The notes below the pieces were generated by a model, which was given only the letters and a program-made list of their open reading frames with translations, made no database searches and was not told the origin of the DNA. Source: a virus (lineage: Duplodnaviria; Heunggongvirae; Uroviricota; Caudoviricetes). Taken from it: a DNA stretch of 39,417 nucleotides. Of the stretch, positions 17,684-27,575 are shown one piece after another. The stretch lies in the IMG/VR virus record IMGVR_UViG_2671181055_000004, one strand, 5' to 3'. Position 1 is the stretch's first letter. Each line of letters begins with the position of its first letter. The position numbers were made by a program, and so were the translations under genes.

Positions 17684-18099
17684 ATAAAGCCCTTCTGGTT
17701 GCGCCCGAACACCGCCGCATCAGACTGCACCTGCGGTAAATCCCCGGATTCAGGGGCCGCACCGTCTGTATCCACGCCGACCGGCACGTTACCGTTCATG
17801 ACATCTTTCAGCCAGGCCAGCGCCTCACGGTAACGGTCACGCGCCTGATCGGATGCCCGCTGATCGCACAGGTAATAAAAGGCAATCGTGCAGCAATGCT
17901 GAACAAGGACCGCCGGAACCACCGCCAGCGGCAGCGTGTAACGGGAAGACAGATAGCTGTCGATAAGGGCAGACGCGTCCGTCAGTGCCCGGTTCAGCTT
18001 GCGCGTGTCCGGTTCATCCGAACGGGGCACGGCCAGTAATGGCCTGAGCAAATCCTCGCGGTAACGTGCCCGCATATCGGTTTCGGTGGCGTAATTCAT
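17680..18099 (-). CDS. Head-tail connector protein (Mu gp36-like)
   Basis: 139-aa ORF; stop/start overlap with neighbours. Confidence 0.55.
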   Translation of the reverse strand: MNYATETDMRARYREDLLRPLLAVPRSDEPDTRKLNRALTDASALIDSYLSSRYTLPLAVVPAVLVQHCCTIAFYYLCDQRASDQARDRYREALAWLKDVMNGNVPVGVDTDGAAPESGDLPQVQSDAAVFGRNQKGFI

Positions 18100-18455
18100 G
18101 CGCGCGCCTTTTTCGCCTGTCTGGCGTTATTGCCGGTCTTTTTCCGGGGAGCATCCTGTACGGTTTCGGCTTCGGCTAAATCTGCACCGGTCTCTGCATG
18201 AACCACACCCGCCACGGCTCCCGCATCATCACCAGGCGTCTGTAGTATTCGTACAGTGAGGCATGGCTCCGCTTCCAGTCGGGCAAGCTGCTCCGGGGTG
18301 ACGTCAACCTGCTGGCGTCCCCGCATGAACAGGAACCCCGCACGACGAAAATGCGTACGACTGCAACGCACTTCTGCCAGTACCGTGACAGGACTGTCAC
18401 CACTGACCTGAAGGCCTGAATCATCTGTTGCTGCCACAGTGTGATGTTCATTCAT
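18096..18455 (-). CDS. Hypothetical head-associated protein (119 aa, basic C-terminus)
   Basis: ATG 18455 with GGAGGG upstream; located between the major capsid gene and the connector gene. Confidence 0.45.
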   Translation of the reverse strand: MNEHHTVAATDDSGLQVSGDSPVTVLAEVRCSRTHFRRAGFLFMRGRQQVDVTPEQLARLEAEPCLTVRILQTPGDDAGAVAGVVHAETGADLAEAETVQDAPRKKTGNNARQAKKARA

Positions 18456-18498
18456 ATTTGCCCTCCGCAGGGGCCGGGCCGTAAGCCCGGCTCACCGT

Positions 18499-19446
18499 TT
18501 ACAGATAATCCGCGACAACCAGCTCCAGCTTGCCCTTCATCTCGTTAGAGACTGTGGCGTTACCGTCTGCGAACAGCTCGCGCTCCAGCAGCTGCACCGC
18601 CTGTTTTTCCAGCGAGGTGGGGACAACAATATGGGTGGGTTTGATGCCGAGTTTGCGGCCACCGTCAGCCTTAAAGTCACGCATGGCTGACCAGCCGTGC
18701 CACAGCGCATCCAGCGTCAGCGGTGACTGCATCATGTAGGCCATCTGCCAGAAGCCGTAGCCCACATTGCGACGGGCGGAAGCACCGAACACAAACTCGT
18801 TATCAGTAAACGCACGGCCTTCATCGACTTTTGTCTGGGCAACCAGTTCGGCTTTGCGGCGATCCTGATAAATCAGCGGTTTTACCGCGCGGGAGCAGTC
18901 AAGCAGATACCAGGCCGGGCCGCTGTAATCCGCCTGTGCACCGACAGAGCCGGTTTTTGCCACAAACATATTGCTGACCATCTGTGCATCACCGGAGCCA
19001 TCCACTTTGGGGTAAACAGGGTGTTCGGTATCAAAGAAGTTCTGGCCGTCATAGCAGGCCGCATTCAGACCATCACGCAGTGCAGCAAAGACCAGTTCAT
19101 CCGGTTGTGCCGCAGCGGCACGACCCATTTCCTGGAATAACGGGGAGTAGATGCCGAGATTGTCGTCTTCAAAGTCATCGCGGCTAATGGCAACGGTGCC
19201 TTCAAAGGTTTTGTTCACGATGGCGTAGCCATAGGCTTTCATCTTCTCGATGACGCGGGAGCCGATCCACTCACGGAACTGCGGGAACTGCCCCAGCCAG
19301 CCGTAGGTGTTGGATTTCGAGGTGGACGGCACGGTCATCGCAATTTTCTGGTACTGCGACGGAGCCATGGACATCCCGGCCTGAAAATCAGAACGGTAGC
19401 CCGTCATCAGGGCGGTGATCATCGCCGGTGTAATCGGGGTAGGCAT
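18499..19446 (-). CDS. Major capsid protein (Mu T-like)
   Basis: 315-aa ORF directly after the protease/scaffold gene. Confidence 0.85.
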   Translation of the reverse strand: MPTPITPAMITALMTGYRSDFQAGMSMAPSQYQKIAMTVPSTSKSNTYGWLGQFPQFREWIGSRVIEKMKAYGYAIVNKTFEGTVAISRDDFEDDNLGIYSPLFQEMGRAAAAQPDELVFAALRDGLNAACYDGQNFFDTEHPVYPKVDGSGDAQMVSNMFVAKTGSVGAQADYSGPAWYLLDCSRAVKPLIYQDRRKAELVAQTKVDEGRAFTDNEFVFGASARRNVGYGFWQMAYMMQSPLTLDALWHGWSAMRDFKADGGRKLGIKPTHIVVPTSLEKQAVQLLERELFADGNATVSNEMKGKLELVVADYL

Positions 19447-20579
19447 TATTGCATTTCCTCTTTCATTTTCAGGAACTCGGCTTCGGTTTTACCCAACAGA
19501 CGTGCGGCGGCGATATCTTCAGCCGACAGCACAGCGGTGGCGGTCTTTTTATCCGGCACGGTTACGGTGTCGGTCTGAAGAGTGGTCAGAGCCGCAACCG
19601 GCTGGCGGGCGTCAAGCTGTGCAGAAAGTGCCGCGACGCCAATCTGTTGTCCGAGTCCTTCCATGTATCCGCGTTCGCTTTTGAAAATGCGTCCTTCGGA
19701 CTCGGCCTTATCCAGCAACTGCTCCAGCGTGGTGCTGCCGTGTTGTGCCGACAGCGCGGCATATTCGGTACGCAGGGCGTTATACGTCTCAACGGGCACA
19801 TATTTCGTCAGATCAATAGTGCCGCCAGTTGGTGTGCCTTTTGCGGTTTCCAGTTCTGCCGACAGGCTGGCAACCTGCGTTTTCAGGGTGTCGTGCGCAT
19901 CCGCACGGGTTTTGATCCCGGTAAGGGCAGACAGCGCCGCCGTGCCCAGTTCCGGTGTAAATTCGTCACCGTCAGCCACGGTCAGACCGAGCGCCGTCAG
20001 CAACTGGCGTAATTGCTCATTCATGGGGGATTGCTCCTGAGAAGGGGAAACGACATAGAGATCATCAGCACTGAGTGCCGCGACAGGGTTCATACCCGTA
20101 ATACCCGGATCATTCGTCAGGGAAGCCATGCGCAACAGGTAGGGTTCCCCGGTGTCAGCGAAATAATGCATATATGCAGACAGATAGGCATATTCACGGT
20201 CATCAATATGTTTTTGTGCCTGTGGTGTCCATTCAGGTTTAATGAAAATCCCCTGACCCTCACGCCATTCGATGTTTTCCGGCTTAACCCATCCTGCAGC
20301 AATAGCCTTGAATCCGTTTTTCTGCGCATTCACGGAGTGATGGTCATAATCAATCAGTAACGGCTGATGCAGGGCGGAAAGCCCGGCTTTCATCCGGTTA
20401 CAGGCGGATTCGTTAATCAGCCAGCCTTCAGTCGGTTTTTCCGGGCGACCGTCACGGGCCTTTACCCGACCGGCTGGCAGTAACTGACACCATCCGTCGC
20501 CGGATGCAGTCAGCGAAGCTGAAAGCACGGCTAAACCGGAGGGGCGATTTGCGTCTTTTGGGTGATTTTCTGTCTTCAT
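19446..20579 (-). CDS. Head maturation protease / scaffold (Mu I-like)
   Basis: 377-aa ORF, MKTENHPKDANRPSGLAVLSASLTASGDGWCQLLPAG...; C-terminal half predicted coiled-coil, scaffold-like. Confidence 0.8.
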   Translation of the reverse strand: MKTENHPKDANRPSGLAVLSASLTASGDGWCQLLPAGRVKARDGRPEKPTEGWLINESACNRMKAGLSALHQPLLIDYDHHSVNAQKNGFKAIAAGWVKPENIEWREGQGIFIKPEWTPQAQKHIDDREYAYLSAYMHYFADTGEPYLLRMASLTNDPGITGMNPVAALSADDLYVVSPSQEQSPMNEQLRQLLTALGLTVADGDEFTPELGTAALSALTGIKTRADAHDTLKTQVASLSAELETAKGTPTGGTIDLTKYVPVETYNALRTEYAALSAQHGSTTLEQLLDKAESEGRIFKSERGYMEGLGQQIGVAALSAQLDARQPVAALTTLQTDTVTVPDKKTATAVLSAEDIAAARLLGKTEAEFLKMKEEMQ

Positions 20580-20756
20580 ACCGGCAGCATAAGCCGGGTA
20601 TTTTTGGGGCTGGTTTTGCGGGACTTCAGAAAGTGCTGACAGGGGGGGAATGAGAAAGGCGCTTCACGCAGATTTTAAAGCCCGTTAAATACAGGTTAGA
20701 AAATCACGACACGCGCCTGAAGGGGGTAAGGTAATACGTTTGCATACCTTAAACCA

Positions 20757-21230
20757 TTACGGCGTTTCTGTGGCCTTTTTAAAGCGTTTTCTGATTTCGT
20801 CCATGATCTCCTGTTCTGCCACCTGATCAAAGCCCATATACGGACGTGCGCCAATGGCCGCCGGTCCCGGTGGCATACCAGGCAGGCCACCCCACTGATG
20901 AATGGCTGCATAAGGTTCATTTGATCCAATCAGCGCCCAGGTATCGCCATAATCCGTGGTCAGGCGGCGGGCCAGATCGCCGTTCAGCGTCAGGATTTTG
21001 CCGGGCGTGTATCCCTTACGGGTACGCCACTCACGGTAAGGATCTGACCAGTCATGCCAGCGTTCACCATCCGGCTCTTTTTCCTGCTCAAACGCCATTT
21101 CTGACGATGACAGAAGACTCGCCGCCACACTGCGGGCCAGGTCTTTTCCGCCGCCCACAAACTGAAGCCGGGCAAACACTCGCTGGAGACGCGTAACGTC
21201 AACAACGACAGCTGCATCAATGGATGACAT
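20757..21230 (-). CDS. Virion morphogenesis protein (Mu G-like)
   Basis: 157-aa ORF between the F-like and I-like genes. Confidence 0.75.
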   Translation of the reverse strand: MSSIDAAVVVDVTRLQRVFARLQFVGGGKDLARSVAASLLSSSEMAFEQEKEPDGERWHDWSDPYREWRTRKGYTPGKILTLNGDLARRLTTDYGDTWALIGSNEPYAAIHQWGGLPGMPPGPAAIGARPYMGFDQVAEQEIMDEIRKRFKKATETP

Positions 21231-21351
21231 ATTGCCTCCGCATAAAGGATGAATATAAAATAAACAGGCGGTCAGTGTACGCTTAACTGGTAAAGTCGGT
21301 GCCTGCCTCCGGGTGGATCATGTATGCGGGTTCGACCCCCGCCACTGACCG

Positions 21352-22683
21352 TTAATCAATTTGTCCTTCCAGCACCTCAAGCATTCCGCCCCGGATATCC
21401 GATTTCAGCTTATCCATATTGATAACCCGGTAAGCATTCACAATCACATCCAGTTTGTCGGGCTGACGTTTCAGACTGTACGGTGCATTAACGGCAATCT
21501 GCACACTGCCATCCTGATTTTCCACGATATACATCAGATTGTTGTGCCGTTTGTCCCACAGTACCGCTTTTGGCCTTGCCAGCATTGCCGGTAAGCGCCC
21601 GAAGTCCTCCGGCGTCAGAGCGATGCCGTCATTCTGATGTTTCACACTGTCCGCATGGAGCACATTTTTACCGCTCATCGCCAGCAGGCGGGCCGGTGGC
21701 GTTCCCGTCCGGCTTTCCACTGCCTGCGCAATGCTTTCAGTCATAAAGCCCAGCGTGCGGATATCGTTACCACCTCGCCGGGTCTGCATGATGTTTTTTG
21801 CCCAGATGCGGAACGCCAGCTGCCGCTCCGGGCTGTTGTTCATCTCCTGAACCACCATTTCCCGTAACGCCGGGCTTTTCACCTCGATCAGTTTGCGGAT
21901 CAGCGCCTGGTCTGTGCCGAACGCTGCCGAGCCGGGGTTATATGACCAGCCCACATCCGGTGTCATGGTTCTGGCGCCATCTGAATATGTGGTCACCGGC
22001 ATTTCTCTGACTTCTCCGGTCTGTTTATCCACGCCAGCCTCAACATTGCGGGTGGAGAGATGATCCTCACCGGATGAAACGGATAACCCCATTGCATCCA
22101 GACGGGCCTGAGACAATGGCCGCACACGGCAGCGGCAGTTCCAGCCATTGGGCGGGTAGTGTGTTTTCCAGAACGGATCGTCATAGCGGAATACCAGACC
22201 GTTAAGGGCGGAATGCGACGGGCGGGTACGGCTGTCCATGACCGCCACATACTGCCAGAACGGATGCGTGTCCGTGTTGTTCATCATCTGCGTGTAACGC
22301 CCGGCATTGTAAGCCACACGGGTGTTCACGTTGTAAATCAGCGCCAGACGACGGGGACTGCCCTGCTGCACTTCTTCCGCGTTACCGTCGCTGTCCACCA
22401 CAATCTGCTTTCCCCACCATCCCAGCTTTTGCAGGCGTGGCGTCAGTGTGCGGATAAATTCTTTCTGTGAAATCCCCTCATCAATGGCCCGCTGCACTTC
22501 GGCCTGTAATGTGGTTACCACATCCAGCCGTGCCGTTTTTGCTGCCGTGAATGAGCGGGCATGAACATCCGCGTCTGTTTCGAACCAGTTCCAGCTGATA
22601 TGCGCCCCTTTGGCGCGGAAGTATGCCACCGTCTCTTTTGAGGGAAGCGTGGCGGCATAACCTAAATCAATCCCCTGAGCCAT
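21352..22683 (-). CDS. Minor head protein (Mu F-like head morphogenesis)
   Basis: 443-aa ORF directly after the portal gene. Confidence 0.8.
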   Translation of the reverse strand: MAQGIDLGYAATLPSKETVAYFRAKGAHISWNWFETDADVHARSFTAAKTARLDVVTTLQAEVQRAIDEGISQKEFIRTLTPRLQKLGWWGKQIVVDSDGNAEEVQQGSPRRLALIYNVNTRVAYNAGRYTQMMNNTDTHPFWQYVAVMDSRTRPSHSALNGLVFRYDDPFWKTHYPPNGWNCRCRVRPLSQARLDAMGLSVSSGEDHLSTRNVEAGVDKQTGEVREMPVTTYSDGARTMTPDVGWSYNPGSAAFGTDQALIRKLIEVKSPALREMVVQEMNNSPERQLAFRIWAKNIMQTRRGGNDIRTLGFMTESIAQAVESRTGTPPARLLAMSGKNVLHADSVKHQNDGIALTPEDFGRLPAMLARPKAVLWDKRHNNLMYIVENQDGSVQIAVNAPYSLKRQPDKLDVIVNAYRVINMDKLKSDIRGGMLEVLEGQID

Positions 22684-24256
22684 CCAGCATCCCCTTCATT
22701 TCCGCAGCAAACATGGCATCACTGAGCAGCGTCATCAGGCGGGAATCATCCATTTCACGGTAAAGGGCAGGCAGGTCTGCCAGTGCCTCCGCCAGCCCCC
22801 GCGTTCTGATGACATCAATGACCGGCTCCAGCACCGGATCGATGGCCTCCTGTAAGCGGCGGGCAGGCACCGCGTCCCCCATGTCGTCCAGTTCATCACG
22901 CGGCGTGTTTTTCGCTTCCGGCAGTCGGGCTGAAAGCGCCGTCTGTTCTGTCTTTTCCTGTTTTTCCGGTAGCGTTTCCCTGTCAGGCATGGCCGGTTCA
23001 TTACTGCTCTGACGGACACGGAATATGGCTTCACCGGGCGTGGGCTGTGGAATACCGGTCTGATCCCGTACCCAGGGATCAGGAATATCCATCCCCGCAC
23101 TGAGTTGCATCACCGCACTGGCTATTTTGGTGATATCCCCCGGTTCTTTGGTCTGGAAACAGATACGCGGCAGGCGACGGATATCAATGGCGTGGGCGGT
23201 GTTCAGGGCATACAGCGGATACACCAGATCGCGGTTCAGGGTTGCAGCCAGCTGGCGTAAATCAGAATCCCTGATTTCCCGGCGCACCTCGTTATGCACC
23301 TCACCCAGCGAGCGCGCGCCTTTGTCTCCGGCTTCTGTGGTCAGCGTGCCGCCGAGTATTGCTTTGGAGATGGAACGCTCACCCCACGAAATCATGGTTT
23401 CAAACGGATCGGCCTGACCGTTCGCTGCCGCCTGAAACTCCAGCGACATCCCGGCCGGGATGATCCCGCCTGTACGTCGCCCGATATCCATCACCGCCCG
23501 CATCAGGGCACTTTTCTGCTCCGGTGTTGCCCCGGACGGGTATTTCCCGACCTTCATTGGCAGGCCGTACACCTCCAGAAATTCCGCCAGATCGCGCACG
23601 GAATAGTTTTTGAAAATGAACGGCCAGATAAGCGTTCTGACAAGCCCCGTCGCACCACCGTAGCCGGTGCGTGAACGCGACTGATGCACTATCCAGCCAA
23701 AGGGCTGAAACGCCACCCCGGCATGGCTGCCGTCACGCAGCCGCAGTTCGCTCAAATCATCCGGGTTAAGGCAGAAATGCCCGCTGTCACGCCAGCGGAT
23801 GGCGCGGATGATGTGCATTTTACCGAGCATCCCGTGCTCAATTTCCATGCAGGAATAGCCCTTCAGGATGGCATCCGTGGCGTCAAACAGCATGGCATCA
23901 AACCAGTCTGCGGAATGCAGATATTCGTCGAGCATTTCCGCGTCCTTTTTCTCATTCGCGCTGGCGTTCGGTGGCGGCTCAATACTCCATGGCACCCCCT
24001 GAATGGCAAGACGTCGCTTGCCCAGCTCCGCAAAAAGGTGGGTGTCCTTTTCTTCAATATCAGCGGCCAGATCGGACTGGGCAATCAGATCGCCACGTTC
24101 AGCCCCGCGAAGGCACTGCGCCGCCCGGTTCGGGGTGATACCCGAAGCCGGATGTTCAATATAACGGCTGGCAATCTGCGGAATATCCAGCGCGGCACTC
24201 TGCATCTCCGGGTCAAAGGAGAAAGGTTTTCCGTCAGTATCAATGATGCGTCCCAC
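22667..24256 (-). CDS. Portal protein (Mu gp29-like)
   Basis: 529-aa ORF (GTG start) directly after the large terminase gene. Confidence 0.85.
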   Translation of the reverse strand: MGRIIDTDGKPFSFDPEMQSAALDIPQIASRYIEHPASGITPNRAAQCLRGAERGDLIAQSDLAADIEEKDTHLFAELGKRRLAIQGVPWSIEPPPNASANEKKDAEMLDEYLHSADWFDAMLFDATDAILKGYSCMEIEHGMLGKMHIIRAIRWRDSGHFCLNPDDLSELRLRDGSHAGVAFQPFGWIVHQSRSRTGYGGATGLVRTLIWPFIFKNYSVRDLAEFLEVYGLPMKVGKYPSGATPEQKSALMRAVMDIGRRTGGIIPAGMSLEFQAAANGQADPFETMISWGERSISKAILGGTLTTEAGDKGARSLGEVHNEVRREIRDSDLRQLAATLNRDLVYPLYALNTAHAIDIRRLPRICFQTKEPGDITKIASAVMQLSAGMDIPDPWVRDQTGIPQPTPGEAIFRVRQSSNEPAMPDRETLPEKQEKTEQTALSARLPEAKNTPRDELDDMGDAVPARRLQEAIDPVLEPVIDVIRTRGLAEALADLPALYREMDDSRLMTLLSDAMFAAEMKGMLDGSGD

Positions 24257-25923
24257 TACCAGCCCCCCCGATCAAATTCATGATATGCCTCATCGTCATC
24301 ACGATAACCGCCCTCCATTGCCCGCGACCGCTCCTGTAGCGCCTGACAGGCTGATTCATCCAGGATGAAGCCCTCCATGTATGACGCCCGGTTTGCCATA
24401 CAGAGCGCCACGGCAAAATCACCATGGCGGCGGGCGTTCGCAGCCGTTGCGTTCTGGTCCTTCGTGCGCCCCTTGTCGATTTGCGGGATACCATTCACTA
24501 CCTTCACATGGCGCAAATCATCAAGCGTGGTCTGATGGCGGGCGACGAGGATATTCTGATCTTCAAACTCGGCTTTCAGTTTTGGCATCCACTCGCCGTA
24601 CCACTTCGGCGACAACATCACGCAGTCGATGATGTCCGGGCCAAAGGCCAGCAGTGCGGCCTCTGCCAGATAGCCGCCGTTACCGGTGGCGTCGAACGCC
24701 GCACCGACCAGCGCCGGAACGCGGGTCAGGATGTACATCATCACCTGTTCCTGCTGGGCATACGGCAGGTTGCGCAGCTCCACGCGAAACACCTCGCGCT
24801 TTGCCAGGGATTCGGTGATTTCCAGCAGCACAAAGCAGGACAGGTCACCGGTGCGGGCAAAGTCTTCCCCGAAGCTGAAGCGGGAACGGGGATTTAATTT
24901 CTCTAAAAGCGGTTTTAAATGTTCTTCACACCAGGTTAAAACTTCCGATTCACGCAGCCATGCGGCACGGCTGATGAAGTTGTCCGGGGCTTCAAACGTC
25001 AGAATCGGGATGTCGCGGATCATCGCCATTTCAATAAGCGCGTGGGGGATATAGGCACCGCCGGATTTTTTCGGGATACAGCCGTATTCCTCGTCGGCAT
25101 CCTCACGGGTCGGGGCGTTTTTGTAGAGATCATCACGCCATTTCTGCTCGCTTTCCGGTGACCATTCCTGATCGGTGACGTAACAGATACGACGGTACAG
25201 CCCGTCCGCAATGGCATCATCCAGGGTTATGCGGTGGACGCTGTAATCCTTGCGCCCCTCGCGGGCTTCCTGAATGTACTGATTAAACAGATTATCGACG
25301 CCGTTATGCGTGGAGATAATACGCACGCGCGCGCCCCACATAGTGAGCGCCATTGCCGCCTTGAGAAGCTCATCCAGTGACTCGTGGAACGCGGCTTCAT
25401 CAATCACCACATCCCCCTGAAGGCCGCGCAGGTTTGACGGACGGGAAGACAATGCCTGAATTTTGAATCCACTGTTCGGAAAGCGGATCATGTAGGTCAA
25501 AATTTCTTCTTTTTTATCCCGATCCCAGAATGTCTGCTCATACACATCAGCATCTGCCAGCTGGTTAAAGGCACGGGAGAACAGCGCGCAGGCAGAAATA
25601 TATTCCAGCGCCATCTCCTGCTTTGATCCCACATAAAACACATTGCGGCCACCACGACGCTTCGGTTTTGCAGCAGTAATGACGTTACGCCCGGCTTCCG
25701 CCCAGGTAAGACCGGTGCGGCGGGATTTCTCCGCGATGCAGACCTGACTTTCATCTGCAAACCAGCGGGCCTGATAATCCAGAAACACCGGCATATCACC
25801 GGGCAAATCAAGGCTGTCCGGCACATCCACGCCCAGCAGGGCTTTTTCACCTGACAGATCAATTTTGCGGGGAGGCGTCATTTGCATCAGTGAAGGCGAC
25901 GTTTCTCTGGCTTTGTTCATCAT
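24256..25923 (-). CDS. Terminase large subunit
   Basis: 555-aa ORF following the small terminase gene. Confidence 0.9.
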   Translation of the reverse strand: MMNKARETSPSLMQMTPPRKIDLSGEKALLGVDVPDSLDLPGDMPVFLDYQARWFADESQVCIAEKSRRTGLTWAEAGRNVITAAKPKRRGGRNVFYVGSKQEMALEYISACALFSRAFNQLADADVYEQTFWDRDKKEEILTYMIRFPNSGFKIQALSSRPSNLRGLQGDVVIDEAAFHESLDELLKAAMALTMWGARVRIISTHNGVDNLFNQYIQEAREGRKDYSVHRITLDDAIADGLYRRICYVTDQEWSPESEQKWRDDLYKNAPTREDADEEYGCIPKKSGGAYIPHALIEMAMIRDIPILTFEAPDNFISRAAWLRESEVLTWCEEHLKPLLEKLNPRSRFSFGEDFARTGDLSCFVLLEITESLAKREVFRVELRNLPYAQQEQVMMYILTRVPALVGAAFDATGNGGYLAEAALLAFGPDIIDCVMLSPKWYGEWMPKLKAEFEDQNILVARHQTTLDDLRHVKVVNGIPQIDKGRTKDQNATAANARRHGDFAVALCMANRASYMEGFILDESACQALQERSRAMEGGYRDDDEAYHEFDRGGW

Positions 25924-26168
25924 GCTTTACCTGTCAGAATGCTTTTGATTCGGGACTCAAGCTCTTCAGTCATCACGTCCACGCCGCTCAACTCATCAGT
26001 GGCAGCCTCTGCCAGCAGCGAATGCAGTTGTTCCAGGGATATTTCCCCGGCAATGCTGAGTTCAGTCAACTCACGACATACCTTTATGGTTTCAGGAGGT
26101 AACTGTGTTGCAAGACTGAATGCTTTCTGATGGGCACTGCTCATCAGTGAGCGGTTATCTGTTGCCAT
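25920..26168 (-). CDS. 82-aa protein, paralog of the small-terminase C-terminus
   Basis: Strong SD GGAGGTG 5 nt upstream; C-terminus ATDELSGVDVMTEELESRIKSILTGKA parallels TerS VTDELRGVDGMSEQIEFRIRQMLLGKA; DNA similarity is also visible between 25925-25990 and 26179-26250. Confidence 0.55.
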   Translation of the reverse strand: MATDNRSLMSSAHQKAFSLATQLPPETIKVCRELTELSIAGEISLEQLHSLLAEAATDELSGVDVMTEELESRIKSILTGKA

Positions 26169-26178
26169 GATTCACCTC

Positions 26179-26760
26179 CTACGCCTTACCCAGCAGCATC
26201 TGCCTGATACGGAATTCGATCTGCTCGCTCATGCCATCCACGCCGCGCAACTCATCGGTGACCGCATTCGCCATCTCTTCAGCAAATGCGGCCCGGATTT
26301 CTTTTTCACGCTTAATGCTGCGCTCGGCGGCACTTTCTGCACGCTGTGCCGACAGGAGGATGTCCTTAATAAGGCGCATATCCACATCGCTGTCGCTGTT
26401 CAGGGATTCGGTGGCGGCACGCAGACGGCGGTACATCAGGGCACGGGACATCTCCAGAATCAGTGCCGTGGTTTCACCGGTCGGCTTATCCCCCAGTTCG
26501 GCCATCATGGCTTTTGTCTGCTCGCGTAAATCACGCAGATTACGGGCAATCAGCTCATTACGGGAGGCTTCCCGGCTGATGGCCGCCGGTGAGAGCTGCT
26601 GCTCTTCCGGCAGACCTGCTTCACGGATCAGACGGTTGATTTCCTCGCGGATCTGGACCTGCGTCAGACGTTTTTCACGCAGCATTTCCAGCAGCGGCTT
26701 ACGGATGCTGTCGGGGAGCAAATCCACCTTGCGTACACGGCCACGCGCTGGCTTATCCAT
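26179..26760 (-). CDS. Terminase small subunit (Mu gp27-like)
   Basis: 193-aa ORF with N-terminal HTH-like region, immediately upstream of the large terminase. Confidence 0.75.
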   Translation of the reverse strand: MDKPARGRVRKVDLLPDSIRKPLLEMLREKRLTQVQIREEINRLIREAGLPEEQQLSPAAISREASRNELIARNLRDLREQTKAMMAELGDKPTGETTALILEMSRALMYRRLRAATESLNSDSDVDMRLIKDILLSAQRAESAAERSIKREKEIRAAFAEEMANAVTDELRGVDGMSEQIEFRIRQMLLGKA

Positions 26761-26762
26761 CG

Positions 26763-27053
26763 TTACCCCCTTGCGCGTGGTTTCTTCACACCCGGAACGG
26801 TGGCGCGGCCTTCCGCCACATCCTGACCCCGGCCGGTCAGTTCAGCGATGAAATAACCGTTAACAAGCGTGCGCTTACGCACCAGTCCCTGCTCGGCAAG
26901 CCAGGCAATGTGGGTATGAACGGTGTCGCGGGACACGCGGTGACCGTAATCATCCAGGCAGTCCTGAAGCACGGATTCGCCCAGTTCGCCGTTGTAATCC
27001 GCCAGCGACCGCAGAATGACAAGACGCTGATCTTCAGTAATGAAATCACTCAT
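26763..27053 (-). CDS. Small winged-helix-like protein (Mu gp26-like)
   Basis: 96-aa ORF upstream of the small terminase gene. Confidence 0.45.
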   Translation of the reverse strand: MSDFITEDQRLVILRSLADYNGELGESVLQDCLDDYGHRVSRDTVHTHIAWLAEQGLVRKRTLVNGYFIAELTGRGQDVAEGRATVPGVKKPRARG

Positions 27054-27357
27054 TGTGTTTTTTCCTTACAGCCTGCTCCAGCAGCAGTTCGTTCTGATGG
27101 GAGACGGATTTCAGGGTGGCATTGGTGGCCTTAAGCTCACCGCGCAGGGTGGTGATTTCGATATTGAGTCTGTTCACCTCCTGCTGCGTGGGCAGGCCGG
27201 AAATCCGGCTCTCCACCCGCTCAACCCGGTCGGAGAGTTTTTCAAAGGCCTCGCGGGGGACAAAGGTTTTGCGCATCAGCGCCATGAAGATCCCCCCGGC
27301 TGTGGCCGTTGCCGACAGGATCGGCACGACATAATCTTTAACGATGCTGACCCACAT
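27046..27357 (-). CDS. Membrane protein with N-terminal TM helix and coiled coil (Mu gp25-like)
   Basis: 103 aa, MWVSIVKDYVVPILSATATAGGIFMALM... then a heptad-like region. Confidence 0.5.
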   Translation of the reverse strand: MWVSIVKDYVVPILSATATAGGIFMALMRKTFVPREAFEKLSDRVERVESRISGLPTQQEVNRLNIEITTLRGELKATNATLKSVSHQNELLLEQAVRKKHNE

Positions 27358-27565
27358 GACCGGCCTCCATGATGTTCTGGCAGTTCACACAACGGATGGC
27401 ATCCGGCACGGCAACCAGACGGGCAGCCGGAATGTCACCCCCGCAGTCCGCGCATACACGCCTGCCCGGTGTCTCCGCCACCCGGCGCTTACGTGTCAGC
27501 CGGTCACAAAGGGCGCGTTCTGTTGCACGCTCCATGACTGCCTGAGCACAATCTGAATCATCCAT
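27338..27565 (-). CDS. TraR/DksA-family C4 zinc-finger protein
   Basis: MDDSDCAQAVMERATERALCDRLTRKRRVAETPGRRVCADCGGDIPAARL...CVNC; start set at the internal ATG 27565. Confidence 0.7.
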   Translation of the reverse strand: MDDSDCAQAVMERATERALCDRLTRKRRVAETPGRRVCADCGGDIPAARLVAVPDAIRCVNCQNIMEAGHVGQHR

Positions 27566-27575
27566 ACCTTTTTCC

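Noticed and set aside
21271-21350. tRNA-like element in the F-G intergenic region: perfect 7-bp acceptor-like pairing (GTCAGTG / CACTGAC) and a T-arm-like hairpin GCGGG-TTCGACC-CCCGC
   Set aside because: I could not build a D-arm or an anticodon stem-loop by hand folding. Most likely a structured intergenic element or chance; tRNAscan or Infernal would settle it.
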